From: Eledone cirrhosa
Taxonomy: Eukaryota
Direction: 5' to 3'
NCBI GenBank assembly: GCA_964016885.1
Contig: OZ024745.1
Span: 98,394,001-98,458,000 of the forward strand
Length of the DNA: 64,000 nt
A program made the translations under genes and the position numbers. Below, piece after piece: positions 14,928-31,300 of this stretch (its first letter is position 1; every line of letters starts with the position of its first letter). The notes under the pieces are model-generated. The model saw only the letters and a list, made by a program, of their open reading frames with translations. It made no database searches and was not told where the DNA came from.

Positions 14928-15431
14928 GAAGTAGCAGATTATATTGATTATAATACCAAAGAAGTGGTGTTGGCGGTGATATCAGTAGTGGTAGAGATTC
15001 TAGTGTTGGTGGTGGATACAGCTCTAAAATTGGTTATAGTAGTGGAGCTAGTGATGGTTACTGGGAGAGGGGGGGTGATAGTGACGTATATACTATGGTT
15101 GGGGAAGTATTAGTAGTCGTGTAGGAGGGGGGGATTACTATGTAGCTTGTGTTGGTGATGTGATACGTGAGGGAGGGTGACAGAAATGGTACAAGGAAGG
15201 TGACGCCGGTGTTTTTTTAGTGTTGGTTATTGTGACGTTGTGGTGAGGTGTGGTGTAGAGTGGTTGTGTAGAGTCGTGTGGTGTGGTGCAGAGTCGTGTG
15301 GTGTTGTGTGGTGTTGTGTGGTGTGGTGTTGTGTGGTGTTGTGAGATGTGGTGTGGCGTGGTGTGGTGTGGTGCAGAGAGGTGAGGTGTGGAGTGGTGCA
15401 GTGTAGAGTGGTGAAGTGTGGTGTTGTGCAG

Positions 15432-16445
15432 AGTGGCGGTGGTGGTGGTGGTGGTGGTGGTTATGGTGACAGTGGTGGTGATGGTGGTGATGGTGGTAGC
15501 GGTGGTAGTGGTGTTTATGTTGACAGTGACAATGGTGGTGATGGTGGTGGTGATGGTGGTGATGATGGTGTTTATGTTGATAGTGACAATGGTGGTGGTG
15601 GTGGTGGTGGTGGTGGTGGTGGTGGTGGTGGTGGTGGTGGTGGTGGTGGTGGTGGTGGTGGTGGTAGTGGTGTTTATGTTGATAGTGACAATGGTGGTGG
15701 TGGTGGTGGTGGTGGTGGTGGTGGTAGTGGTGTTTATGTTGACAGTGACAATGGTGGTGGTGGTGGTGGTGATGGTGGTTATGGTGACAGTGGTGGTGAT
15801 GGTGGTGATGGTGGTGGCGGTGGTAGTGGTGTTTATGTGATAGTGACAATGGTGGTGGTGGTGGTGGTGTTTATGTTGATAGTGACAATGGTGGTGGTGG
15901 TGGTGGTGTTTATGTTGATAGTGACAATGGTGGTGGTGGTGGTGGTGGTGTTTATGTTGATAGTGACAATGGTGGTGGTAGTGGTGTTTATGTTGACAGT
16001 GACAATGGTGGTGGTGGTGGTGGTGTTTATGTTGATAGTGACAATGGTGGTGGTGGTGGTGGTGGTGTTTATGTTGATAGTGACAATGGTGGTGGTGGTG
16101 GTGGTGTTTATGTTGACAGTGACAATGGTGGTGGTGGTGGTGGTGGTGTTTATGTTGATAGTGACAATGGTGGTGGTGGTGGTGGTGTTTATGTTGACAG
16201 TGACAATGGTGGTGGTGGTGGTGGTGTTTATGTTGACAGTGACAATGGTGGTGGTGGTGGTGGTGTTTATGTTGATAGTGACAATGGTGGTGGTGGTGGT
16301 GGTGTTTATGTTGATAGTGACAATGGTGGTGGTGGTGGTGGTGTTTATGTTGATAGTGACAATGGTGGTGGTGGTGGTGGTGGTGGTGGTAGTGGTGTTT
16401 ATGTTGACAGTGACAATGGTGGTGGTGGTGGTGGTGTATGTGACA
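15432..16445. repeat. (GGT)n-based minisatellite, unit GTTTATGTTGAYAGTGACAAT(GGT)6-7
   Basis: About 20 units of roughly 36-42 bp. Confidence 0.92.
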
Positions 16446-16539
16446 ATGACGCCACACACAGTGAAAAGAAGCGACGGATGATGATAAAACATACATTTCT
16501 TACTTCTCCTCTTCCCCCTCCCCCCATTCTCTCTATCTC

Positions 16540-18088
16540 CTCCTCCACCACCACCACCACCGCCGCCACCACCAACTCCACCACAGTATCCACCCCATTC
16601 TCTCTATCTCCACCACCACCGCCACCACCACCACCGCCACCACAGTATCCACCCCTTTCTCTACGCCTTCTCTTCTCTAAGTATGAATCAGTGATGAATC
16701 ATTTGATTTATTCCCTATATATTATACCATCGAATGCATCATCGCCACCATCACCACCATCATCGCCATTACCGCCATCATCACCATCACCACCACCACC
16801 ACTATCGCCACCACCACCACCACCACCACCACCATCACCACCACCACTAGCACCGCCATCATCGCCATTACCGCCATCACCATCACCACCACCACCACCA
16901 TCACCACCACCACCACCACTAGCACCATCACCACCACCACTAGCACCATCACCACCACTAGCACCAACACCACCATCACCGCCATCATCGCCATTACCGC
17001 CATCACCATCACCACCACCACCACCACCATCACCACCACCACCACCACTAGCACCATCACCACCGCCACTAGCACCATCACCACCACCACTAGCACCAAC
17101 ACCACCATCACCACCACCACCGCCATCACCGCCATCACCGCTACAAGCACCAACACCACCATCACCACCACCACCGCCATCACCGCCATCACCATCACCA
17201 CCAACACCAACATCACCACCACCCCCACCATCACCATCACCACCACCACTAGCACCATCACGGGCCATCACCGCCACCACTATCACCACCTACACCACCT
17301 ACACCACCGCCAGCACCACTGTCATCACCACCACCTTCACCACCACCACCACCACCACCACCACCACTAGCACCAACACCACCATCACCACCATCACCAC
17401 CATTACCGCCACCACTATCACCACCTACACCACCTACACCACCGCCAGCACCACTGTCACCACCACCACCTTCACCACCACCACCACCACCACCACTACC
17501 ACCACCACCTTCACCACCACCACCACCACCACTACCACCACCAGCACCAACACCACCATCACCGCCACCACTATTACCACCACCACCTACACCACCAGCA
17601 CCGCCACCACTATTACCACCACCACCTACACCACCAGCACCGCCACCACTATTACCACCACTACCACCACCAGCACCAACACCACCACCACCACCACCAC
17701 TATTACCACCACCACCTACACCACCATCACCGCCACCACTATTACCACCACCACCTACACCACCAGCACCAACACCACTATTACCACCACCACCTACACC
17801 ACCAGCACCAACACCACTATTACCACCACTACCACCAACAGCACCTACAGCAACACCATCTCCGCCACCAGTAGCACCTACACCAGCACCATCATCCTCA
17901 CCGCCACTACCACCATCACTACCACCACCACCATCATCACCACTGCCACTACTACCACTATCACTACTACTACTACTACTACTACCATAACCATTACCAC
18001 CTCTCCTACTATTACCACTTAAACCGACTATTTCCTATGATATACCATCGTATATATCATCTCATCCTACCACTACTACCATAACCTT

Positions 18089-18133
<45 letters not shown>

Positions 18134-18356
18134 CACTACTACTACTACCGCCACCACCACTACTACTACTACCGCCACCACCACCACTACTACTACTACT
18201 ACTACCGCCTCCACCACCACTACTACTACCACCACCAACACCCCTACTACTACTACTACTACTACTACCGCTACCACCATCATCACCACCACCACCACCA
18301 CCACTATTACTACTACTACTACTACTACTACAACCGCCATCACTACCACCACCACC

Positions 18357-18414
<58 letters not shown>

Positions 18415-18415
18415 A
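16540..18415. repeat. (ACC/ATC/ACT)n compound trinucleotide repeat
   Basis: Direct reading. Gives the Pro-rich and Thr-rich pseudo-ORF. Confidence 0.92.
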
Positions 18416-18744
18416 ACTACAGCAACCAATATAATCCAAATACCACTAATTCTTTCAAACCTTTTCTGCTCTAACCCTTCATCATGGCACTCGGGGAAAC
18501 TGCCCCTTCACTTACTCAACAACGCCATCTATCACCTCCATTTTCTAGATACCCATTCACGTACCCAAACACACGCCTCATCTCCATTTTCTCCCAAATA
18601 TATCGAGCCATTCTTCCTGCAAGAAATTGTAGCCAAATTACCCTTAAAACAGTCCCTACTGTCTTAAAAACACCACCACTACCAACAAGAGAAACAGTTA
18701 TGCTAGGCAAAAGATAAAATGGTCAAGTTCAGAACTGTTTAGAT

Positions 18745-19261
18745 CAGCGGTTCCCAACTTGTTATAATAAATTCCACCTTCATAATATAGCAAAACAGTA
18801 TGGCCCCCCCAAAAAATTAAAATGTTTGATATAATTTTTTTATGTAGAAATAATTTCGGCATATCTTTTTATTTCAATCAAATCATTTTAAATTTATTAT
18901 AAACTTTACTAAAATTTACTAAAATAAATAATATATATCCTGTTATAAAAATAAGTTTCTTTACTAAGTTTATTTACTAAAACATAAATTGTTATATCCA
19001 GATTTAAATAATTATCAAGTGAAGTGAAATCATAATTAGAAAAGGTAGAAAGTTGATAAAAAGTTGAATATAAAAATTTGAAGCAAGAAAAAGAAAAAAT
19101 TATGTTAGGAAACTACTCTTCTTTTTTATGTATGAAATTTTGTGATTTTTAGTTAATTCCCGTGGCTCCCCCAATAACTGGCTATGGCCCCCTGGTGGGC
19201 ATGGCCCCCTGGAGGGCCATGGCACCCTGGTGGGCCATGGCACCCTGGTTGGGAACTAATG
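18745..19261. mobile_element. hAT (Charlie-like) MITE
   Basis: TIRs CAGCGGTTCCCAAC / GTTGGGAACTAATG. Perfect 8-bp TSD GTTTAGAT at 18737-18744 and 19262-19269. Subterminal GGGCCATGGC repeats. Confidence 0.88.
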
Positions 19262-19375
19262 GTTTAGATCAAAGCTGAACAAAACCTCACCAATTCAAAG
19301 TTGAGTCAACTCTTCAGCACATTGTGGTCTATATATACCAGTCATACACCCTGGTGTTGTTTTGATAGACTATAA

Positions 19376-22300
19376 CACAGTTCTTTAAATGCTACCAACA
19401 ACACCACCACTACTAATACTACCAACAACACCACCACTACTAATACTACCAACAACACCACCACTACTAATACTACAAACAACACTACCACTACTAATAC
19501 TACCAACAACACTACCACTACCACTATTAATACTACCAACAACACCACCACTACTAATACTACCAACAACACTACCACTACTAATACTACCAACAACACT
19601 ACCACTACCACTACTAATACTACCAACAACACCACCACTACTAATACTACAAACAACACTACCACTACTAATACTACCAACAACACTACAACTACTAATA
19701 CTACCAACAACACTACCACTACTAATACTACCAACACCACTACAACTACTAATACTACCAACAACACTACAACTACTAATACTACCAACAACACTACAAC
19801 TACTAAGACTACCAACAACACTACCACTACTAATACTACCAACAACACTACCACTACTAATACTACCAACAACACTACAACTACTAATACTACCAACAAC
19901 ACTACCACTACTAATACTACCAACAACACTACAACTACTAAGACTACCAACAACACTACCACTACTAATACTACCAACAACACTACCACTACTAATACTA
20001 CCAACAACACTACAACTACTAAGACTACCAACAACACCACCACTACTAATACTACCAACAACACTACCACTACTAATACTACCAACAACACTACCACTAC
20101 TAATACTACCAACAACACTACCACTACTAATACTACCAACAACACTACCACTACTAATACTACCAACAACACTACAACTACTAATACTACCAACAACACT
20201 ACAACTACTAAGACTACCAACAACACTACCACTACTAATACTACCAACAACACTACCACTACTAATACTACCAACAACACTACCACTACTAATACTACCA
20301 ACAACACTACAACTACTAAGACTACCAACAACACTACCACTACTAATACTACCAACAACACTACCACTACTAATACTACCAACAACACTACCACTACTAA
20401 TACTACCAACAACACTACCACTACTAATACTACCAACAACACTACAACTACCACTACTAATACTACCAACAACACTACCACTACTAATACTACCAACAAC
20501 ACCACCACTACTAATACTACCAACAACACTACCACTACTAATACTACCAACAACACCACCACTACTAATACTACCAACAACACTACCACTACTAATACTA
20601 CCAACAACACTACAACTACTAATACTACCAACAACACTACCACTACTAATACTACCAACAACACTACAACTACTAAGACTACCAACAACACTACCACTAC
20701 TAATACTACCAACAACACTACCACTACTAATACTACCAACAACACTACAACTACTAATACTACCAACAACACTACCACTACCACTATTAATACTACCAAC
20801 AACACCACCACTACTAATACTACCAACAACACTACAACTACTAATACTACCAACAACACTACCACTACCACTACTAATACTACCAACAACACCACCACTA
20901 CTAATACTACAAACAACACTACAACTACTAATACTACCAACAACACCACCACTACTAATACTACCAACACCACTACCACTACTAAGACTACCAACAACAC
21001 TACTACTACTAATACTACCAACAACACTACCACTACTAATACTACCAACAACACCACCACTACTAATACTACCAACAACACTACCACTACTAATACTACC
21101 AACAACACTACCACTACCACTACTAATACTACCAACAACACTACCACTACTAATACTTCCAACAACACTACAACTACTAATACTACCAACAACACCACCA
21201 GTACTAATACTACCAACAACACTACAACTACTAAGACTACCAACAACACTACCACTACTAATACTACCAACAACACTACCACTACTAATACTACCAACAA
21301 CACTACAACTACTAATACTACCAACAAAACTACCACTACTAATACTACCAACAACACTACAACTACTAAGACTACCAACAACACTACCACTACTAATACT
21401 ACCAACAACACTACAACTACTAAGACTACCAACAACACTACAACTACTAATACTACCAACAACACCACCACTACTAATACTACCAACACCACTACCACTA
21501 CTAAGACTACCAACAACACTACTACTACTAATACTACCAACAACACTACCACTACTAATACTACCAACAACACTACAACTACTAAGACTACCAACAACAC
21601 CACCACTACTAATACTACCAACAACACTACCACTACTAATACTACCAACAACACTACAACTACTAATACTACCAACAACACTACCACTACTAATACTACC
21701 AACAACACTACAACTACTAATACTACCAACAACACTACAACTACTAATACTACAAACAACACTACAACTACTAATACTACAAACAACACTACAACTACTA
21801 ATACTACAAACAACACTACCACTACTAATACTACCAACAACACTACAACTACTAATACTACCAACAACACTACAACTACTAATACTACAAACAACACTAC
21901 AACTACTAATACTACCAACAACACCACCACTACTAATACTACCAACACCACTACCACTACTAAGACTACCAACAACACTACTACTACTAATACTACCAAC
22001 AACACTAAAACTACTAATACTACCAACAACACCACCACTACTAATACTACCAACAACACTACCACTACTAATACTACCAACAACACTACCACTACCACTA
22101 CTAATACTACCAACAACACTACCACTACTAATACTTCCAACAACACTACAACTACTAATACTACCAACAACACCACCAGTACTAATACTACCAACAACAC
22201 TACAACTACTAAGACTACCAACAACACTACCACTACTAATACTACCAACAACACTACCACTACTAATACTACCAACAACACTACAACTACTAATACTACC

Positions 22301-25300
22301 AACAACACTACCACTACTAATACTACCAACAACACTACAATTACTAAGACTACCAACAACACTACCACTACTAATACTACCAACAACACTACAACTACTA
22401 AGACTACCAACAACACTACAACTACTAATACTACCAACAACACCACCACTACTAATACTACCAACACCACTACCACTACTAAGACTACCAACAACACTAC
22501 TACTACTAATACTACCAACAACACTACCACTACTAATACTACCAACAACACCACCACCACTAATACTACCAACAACACTACCACTACTAATACTACCAAC
22601 AACACTACCACTACCACTACTAATACTACCAACAACACTACCACTACTAATACTTCCAACAACACTACAACTACTAATACTACCAACAACACCACCAGTA
22701 CTAATACTACCAACAACACTACAACTACTAAGACTACCAACAACACTACCACTACTAATACTACCAACAACACTACAACTACTAATACTACCAACACCAC
22801 TACAACTACTAATACTACCAACAACACTACAACTACTAATACTACCAACAACACTACCACTACTAATACTACCAACAACACTACAACTACTAATACTACC
22901 AACAACACTACCACTACTAATACTACCAACAACACTACAACTACTAATACTACCAACAACACTACCACTACTAATACTACCAACAACACCACCACTACTA
23001 ATACTACCAACAACACTACCACTACTAAGACTACCAACACCACTACCACTACTAATACTACCAACAACACTACCACTACTAATACTACCAACAACACTAC
23101 AACTACTAAGACTACGAACAACACTACAACTACTAATACTACCAACAACACTACCACTACTAATACTACCAACAACACTACCACTACTAATACTACCAAC
23201 AACACTACAACTACTAATACTACCAACAACACCACCACTACTAATACTACCAACAACACTACCACTACTAAGATTACCAACACCACTACCACTACTAATA
23301 CTACCAACAACACTACCACTACTAATACTACCAACAACACTACCACTACTAATACTACCAACACCACTACCACTACTAATACTACCAACAACACCACCAC
23401 TACTAATACTACCAACAACACTACAACTACTAAGACTACCAACAACGCTACCACTACTAATACTACCAACAACACTACCACTACTAATACTACCAACAAC
23501 ACTACCACTACTAATACTACCAACAACACTACCACTACTAATACTACCAACAACACTACAACTACTAATACTACCAACAACACCACCACTACTAATACTA
23601 CCAACAACACTACAACTACTAATACTACCAACACCACTACCACTACTAATACTACCAACAACACTACCACTACTAATACTACCAACAACACTACAACTAC
23701 TAATACTACCAACAACACTACCACTACTAATACTACCAACAACACTACAACTACTAAGACTACCAACAACGCTACCACTACTAATACTACCAACAACACT
23801 ACTACTACTAATACTACCAACACCACTACAACTACTAAGACTACCAACAACACTACAACTACTAATACTACCAACAACACTACAACTACTAATACTACCA
23901 ACAACACTACCACTACTAATACTACCAACAACACTACCACTACTAATACTACCAACAACACTACCACTACTAATACTACCAACAACACTACCACTACTAA
24001 TACTACCAACAACACTACCACTACTAATACTACCAACAACACTACAACTACTAATACTACCAACAACACTGCTACTACTAATACTACCAACAACACTACA
24101 ACTACTAAGACTACCAACAACACTACCACTACTAATACTACCAACAACACTACTACTACTAATACTACCAACAACACTACCACTACTAATACTACCAACA
24201 CCACTACCACTACTAATACTACCAACAACACTACCACTACTAATACTACCAACAACACTACAACTACTAAGACTACCAACAACACTACAACTACTAATAC
24301 TACCAACAACACTACCACTACTAATACTACCAACACCACTACCACTACTAATACTACCAACAACACTACCACTACTAATACTACCAACAACACTACAACT
24401 ACTAAGACTACCAACAACACTACAACTACTAATACTACCAACAACACTACCACTACTAATACTACCAACACCACTACCACTACTAAGACTACCAACAACA
24501 CTGCCACTACTAATACTACCAACAACACTACAACTACTAAGACTACCAACAACACTACAACTACTAATACTACCAACAACACTACCACTACTAATACTAC
24601 CAACACCACTACCACTACTAAGACTACCAACAACACTACCACTACTAATACTACCAACACCACTACCACTACTAATACTACCAACAACACTACAACTACT
24701 AAGACTACCAACAACACTACCACTACTAATACTACCAACAACACTACCACTACTAATACTACCAACAACACTACTACTACTAATACTACCAACAACACTA
24801 CCACTACTAATACTACCAACAACACTACAACTACTAAGACTACCAACAACACTACAACTACTAATACTACCAACAACACTACAACTACTAAGACTACCAA
24901 CAACACTACAACTACTAATACTACCAACAACACTACAACTACTAATACTACCAACAACACTACCACTACTAATACTACCAACACCACTACCACTACTAAT
25001 ACTACCAACAACACTACAACTACTAATACTACCAACAACACTACAACTACTAATACTACCAACAACACTACAACTACTAATACTACAAACAACACTACAA
25101 CTACTAATACTACAAACAACACTACAACTACTAATACTACAAACAACACTACCACTACTAATACTACCAACAACACTACAACTACTAATACTACCAACAA
25201 CACTACAACTACTAATACTACAAACAACACTACAACTACTAATACTACCAACAACACCACCACTACTAATACTACCAACACCACTACCACTACTAAGACT

Positions 25301-28300
25301 ACCAACAACACTACTACTACTAATACTACCAACAACACTACCACTACTAATACTACCAACAACACCACCACTACTAATACTACCAACAACACTACCACTA
25401 CTAATACTACCAACAACACTACCACTACCACTACTAATACTACCAACAACACTACCACTACTAATACTTCCAACAACACTACAACTACTAATACTACCAA
25501 CAACACCACCAGTACTAATACTACCAACAACACTACAACTACTAAGACTACCAACAACACTACCACTACTAATACTACCAACAACACTACCACTACTAAT
25601 ACTACCAACAACACTACAACTACTAATACTACCAACAACACTACCACTACTAATACTACCAACAACACTACAATTACTAAGACTACCAACAACACTACCA
25701 CTACTAATACTACCAACAACACTACAACTACTAAGACTACCAACAACACTACAACTACTAATACTACCAACAACACCACCACTACTAATACTACCAACAC
25801 CACTACCACTACTAAGACTACCAACAACACTACTACTACTAATACTACCAACAACACTACCACTACTAATACTACCAACAACACCACCACCACTAATACT
25901 ACCAACAACACTACCACTACTAATACTACCAACAACACTACCACTACCACTACTAATACTACCAACAACACTACCACTACTAATACTTCCAACAACACTA
26001 CAACTACTAATACTACCAACAACACCACCAGTACTAATACTACCAACAACACTACAACTACTAAGACTACCAACAACACTACCACTACTAATACTACCAA
26101 CAACACTACAACTACTAATACTACCAACACCACTACAACTACTAATACTACCAACAACACTACAACTACTAATACTACCAACAACACTACCACTACTAAT
26201 ACTACCAACAACACTACAACTACTAATACTACCAACAACACTACCACTACTAATACTACCAACAACACTACAACTACTAATACTACCAACAACACTACCA
26301 CTACTAATACTACCAACAACACCACAACTACTAATACTACCAACAACACTACCACTACTAAGACTACCAACACCACTACCACTACTAATACTACCAACAA
26401 CACTACCACTACTAATACTACCAACAACACTACAACTACTAAGACTACCAACAACACTACAACTACTAATACTACCAACAACACTACCACTACTAATACT
26501 ACCAACAACACTACCACTACTAATACTACCAACAACACTACAACTACTAATACTACCAACAACACCACCACTACTAATACTACCAACAACACTACCACTA
26601 CTAAGACTACCAACACCACTACCACTACTAATACTACCAACAACACTACCACTACTAATACTACCAACAACACTACCACTACTAATACTACCAACACCAC
26701 TACCACTACTAATACTACCAACAACACTACTACTACTAATACTACCAACAACACCACCACTACTAATACTACCAACAACACTACAATTACTAAGACTACC
26801 AACAACGCTACCACTACTAATACTACCAACAACACTACCACTACTAATACTACCAACAACACTACCACTACTAATACTACCAACAACACTACCACTACTA
26901 ATACTACCAACAACACTACAACTACTAATACTACCAACAACACCACCACTACTAATACTACCAACAACACTACAACTACTAATACTACCAACACCACTAC
27001 CACTACTAATACTACCAACAACACTACCACTACTAATACTACCAACAACACTACAACTACTAATACTACCAACAACACTACCACTACTAATACTACCAAC
27101 AACACTACAACTACTAAGACTACCAACAACGCTACCACTACTAATACTACCAACAACACTACAACTACTAATACTACCAACAACACTACCACTACTAATA
27201 CTACCAACAACACTACCACTACTAATACTACCAACAACACTACCATTACTAATACTACCAACAACACTACCACTACTAATACTACCAACAACACTACCAC
27301 TACTAATACTACCAACAACACTACAACTACTAATACTACCAACAACACTGCTACTACTAATACTACCAACAACACTACAACTACTAAGACTACCAACAAC
27401 ACTACCACTACTAATACTACCAACAACACTACTACTACTAATACTACCAACAACACTACCACTACTAATACTACCAACACCACTACCACTACTAATACTA
27501 CCAACAACACTACCACTACTAATACTACCAACACCACTACCACTACTAATACTACCAACAACACTACCACTACTAATACTACCAACAACACTACCACTAC
27601 TAATACTACCAACAACACTACAACTACTAAGACTACCAACAACACTACAACTACTAATACTACCAACAACACTACCACTACTAATACTACCAACACCACT
27701 ACCACTACTAAGACTACCAACAACACTGCCACTACTAATACTACCAAACAACACTACAACTACTAAGACTACCAACAACACTACAACTACTAATACTACC
27801 AACAACACTACCACTACTAATACTACCAACACCACTACCACTACTAAGACTACCAACAACACTACCACTACTAATACTACCACACACTACAACTACCACT
27901 ACTAATACTACCAACAACACTACCACTACTAATACTACCAACAACACTACTACTACTAATACTACCAACAACACTACCACTACTAATACTACCAACAACA
28001 CTACAACTACTAAGACTACCAACAACACTACAACTACTAATACTACCAACAACACTACAACTACTAAGACTACCAACATACACTACAACTACTAATACTA
28101 CCAACAACACTACAACTACTAATACTACCAACAACACTACCACTACTAATACTACCAACAACACTACCACTACTAATACTACCAACAACACTACAACTAC
28201 TAATACTACCAACAACACTACCACTACTAATACTACCAACAACACTACCACTACCACTACTAATACTACCAACAACACTGCCACTACTAATACTACCAAC

Positions 28301-31300
28301 AACACTACCACTACTAATACTACCAACAACACTACCACTACTAATACTACCAACAACACTACCACTACCACTACTAATACTACCAACAACACTACCACTA
28401 CTAATACTACCAACAACACTACCACTACTAAGACTACCAACAACACTACCACTACTAATACTACCAACAACACTACCACTACTAATACTACCAACAACAC
28501 TACTACTACTAATACTACCAACAACACTACCACTACTAATACTACCAACAACACTACCACTACTAATACTACCAACAACACTACCACTACTAATACTACC
28601 AACAACACTACTACTACTAATACTACCAACAACACTACCACTACTAATACTACCAACAACACTACTACTACGAATACTACCAACAACACTACCACTACTA
28701 ATCCTACCAACAACACTGCTACTACTAATACTACCAACAACACTACCACTACTAATCCTACCAACAACACTGCTACTACTAATACTACCAACAACACTAC
28801 CACTACTAATACTACCAACAACACTACCACTACTAATACTACCAACAACACTACTACTACTAATACTACCAACAACACTACCACTACTAATCCTACCAAC
28901 AACACTGCTACTACTAATACTACCAACAACACTACCACTACTAATACTACAAACAACACTACCACTAGTACTAGGATTAACAAGACCCCAGCAGCCCAGA
29001 GACTTTCAACAACATCATTACCAGTGGAACTAAGACTTTCAACAATGTCATTACCAGTGGCACTAAGACTTCCAGCAACATCATTACCAGTGGCACTAAG
29101 ACTTCCAATAACATCATTACCAGTGGCCCTAAGACTTCCAGCAACATCATTACCAGTGGCACTAAGACTTCCAGCAACATCATTACCAGTGGCACTAAGA
29201 CTTCCAGCAACATCATTACCAGTGGCACTAAGACTTCCAATAACATCATTACCAGTGGCACTAAGACTTCCAACAACATCATTACCAGTGGCACTAAGAC
29301 TTCCAATAACATCATTACCAGTGGCACTAAGACTTCCAATAACATCATTACCAGTGGCACTAAGACTTCCAATAACATCATTACCAGTGGCACTAAGACT
29401 TCCAATAACATCATTACCAGTGGCACTAAGACTTCCAATAACATCATTACCAGTGGCACTAAGACTTACAATAACATCATTACCAGTGGCACTAAGACTT
29501 CCAATAACATCATTACCAGTGGCACTAAGACTTCCAATAACATCATTACCAGTGGCACTAAGACTTCCAGCAACATCATTACCAGTGGCACTAAGACTTC
29601 CAACAACATCATTACCAGTGGCACTAAGACTTCCAGCAACATCATTACCAGTGGCACTAAGACTTTCAATAACATCATTACCAGTGGCACTAAGACTTCC
29701 AATAACATCATTACCAGTGGCACTAAGACTTCCAATAACATCATTACCAGTGGCACTAAGACTTCCAATAACATCATTACCAGTGGCACTAAGACTTCCA
29801 ATAACATCATTACCAGTGGCACTAAGACTTCCAATAACATCATTACCAGTGGCACTAAGACTTCCAGCAACATCATTACCAGTGGCACTAAGACTTCCAA
29901 CAACATCATTACCAGTGGCACTAAGACTTCCAGCAACATCATTACCAGTGGCACTAAGACTTCCAATAACATCATTACCAGTGGCACTAAGACTTCCAAT
30001 AACATCATTACCAGTGGCACTAAGACTTCCAGCAACATCATTACCAGTGGCACTAAGACTTCCAACAACATCATTACCAGTGGCACTAAGACTTCCAGCA
30101 ACATCATTACCAGTGGCACTAAGACTTCCAACAACATCATTACCAGTGGCACTAAGACTTCCATCAACATCATTACCAGTGGCACTAAGACTTCCAGCAA
30201 CATCATTACCAGTGGCACTAAGACTTCCAACAACATCATTACCAGTGGCACTAAGACTTCCAATAACATCATTACCAGTGGCACTAAGACTTCCAATAAC
30301 ATCATTACCAGTGGCACTAAGACTTCCAGCAACATCATTACCAGTGGCACTAAGACTTCCAACAACATCATTACCAGTGGCACTAAGACTTCCAGCAACA
30401 TCATTACCAGTGGCACTAAGACTTCCAACAACATCATTACCAGTGGCACTAAGACTTCCAGCAACATCATTACCAGTGGCACTAAGACTTCCAGCAACAT
30501 CATTACCAGTGGCACTAAGACTTCCAACAACATCATTACCAGTGGCACTAAGACTTCCAGCAACATCATTACCAGTGGCACTAAGACTTCCAACAACATC
30601 ATTACCAGTGGCACTAAGACTTCCAGCAACATCATTACCAGTGGCACTAAGACTTCCAGCAACATCATTACCAGTGGCACTAAGACTTCCAATAACATCA
30701 TTACCAGTGGCACTAAGACTTCCAGCAACATCATTACCAGTGGCTCTAAGACTTCCAACAACATCATTACCAGTGGCACTAAGACTTCCAGCAACATCAT
30801 TACCAGTGGCACTAAGACTTCCAATAACATCATTACCAGTGGCACTAAGACTTCCAACAACATCATTACCAGTGGCACTAAGACTTCCAATAACATCATT
30901 ACCAGTGGCACTAAGACTTCCAATAACATCATTACCAGTGGCACTAAGACTTCCAATAACATCATTACCAGTGGCACTAAGACTTCCAATAACATCATTA
31001 CCAGTGGCACTAAGACTTCCAATAACATCATTACCAGTGGCACTAAGACTTACAATAACATCATTACCAGTGGCACTAAGACTTCCAATAACATCATTAC
31101 CAGTGGCACTAAGACTTCCAATAACATCATTACCAGTGGCACTAAGACTTCCAGCAACATCATTACCAGTGGCACTAAGACTTCCAACAACATCATTACC
31201 AGTGGCACTAAGACTTCCAGCAACATCATTACCAGTGGCACTAAGACTTTCAATAACATCATTACCAGTGGCACTAAGACTTCCAATAACATCATTACCA

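Noticed and set aside
12661-16445. Telomeric or interstitial telomere repeat
   Set aside because: The units are GTGTG and GGT, not TTAGGG-type.
15138-18022. His-rich, Gly-rich and extensin-like Pro-rich ORFs
   Set aside because: The reading register shifts within the repeats, there is no signal peptide or supported splice structure, and (GGT/ACC)n explains them.
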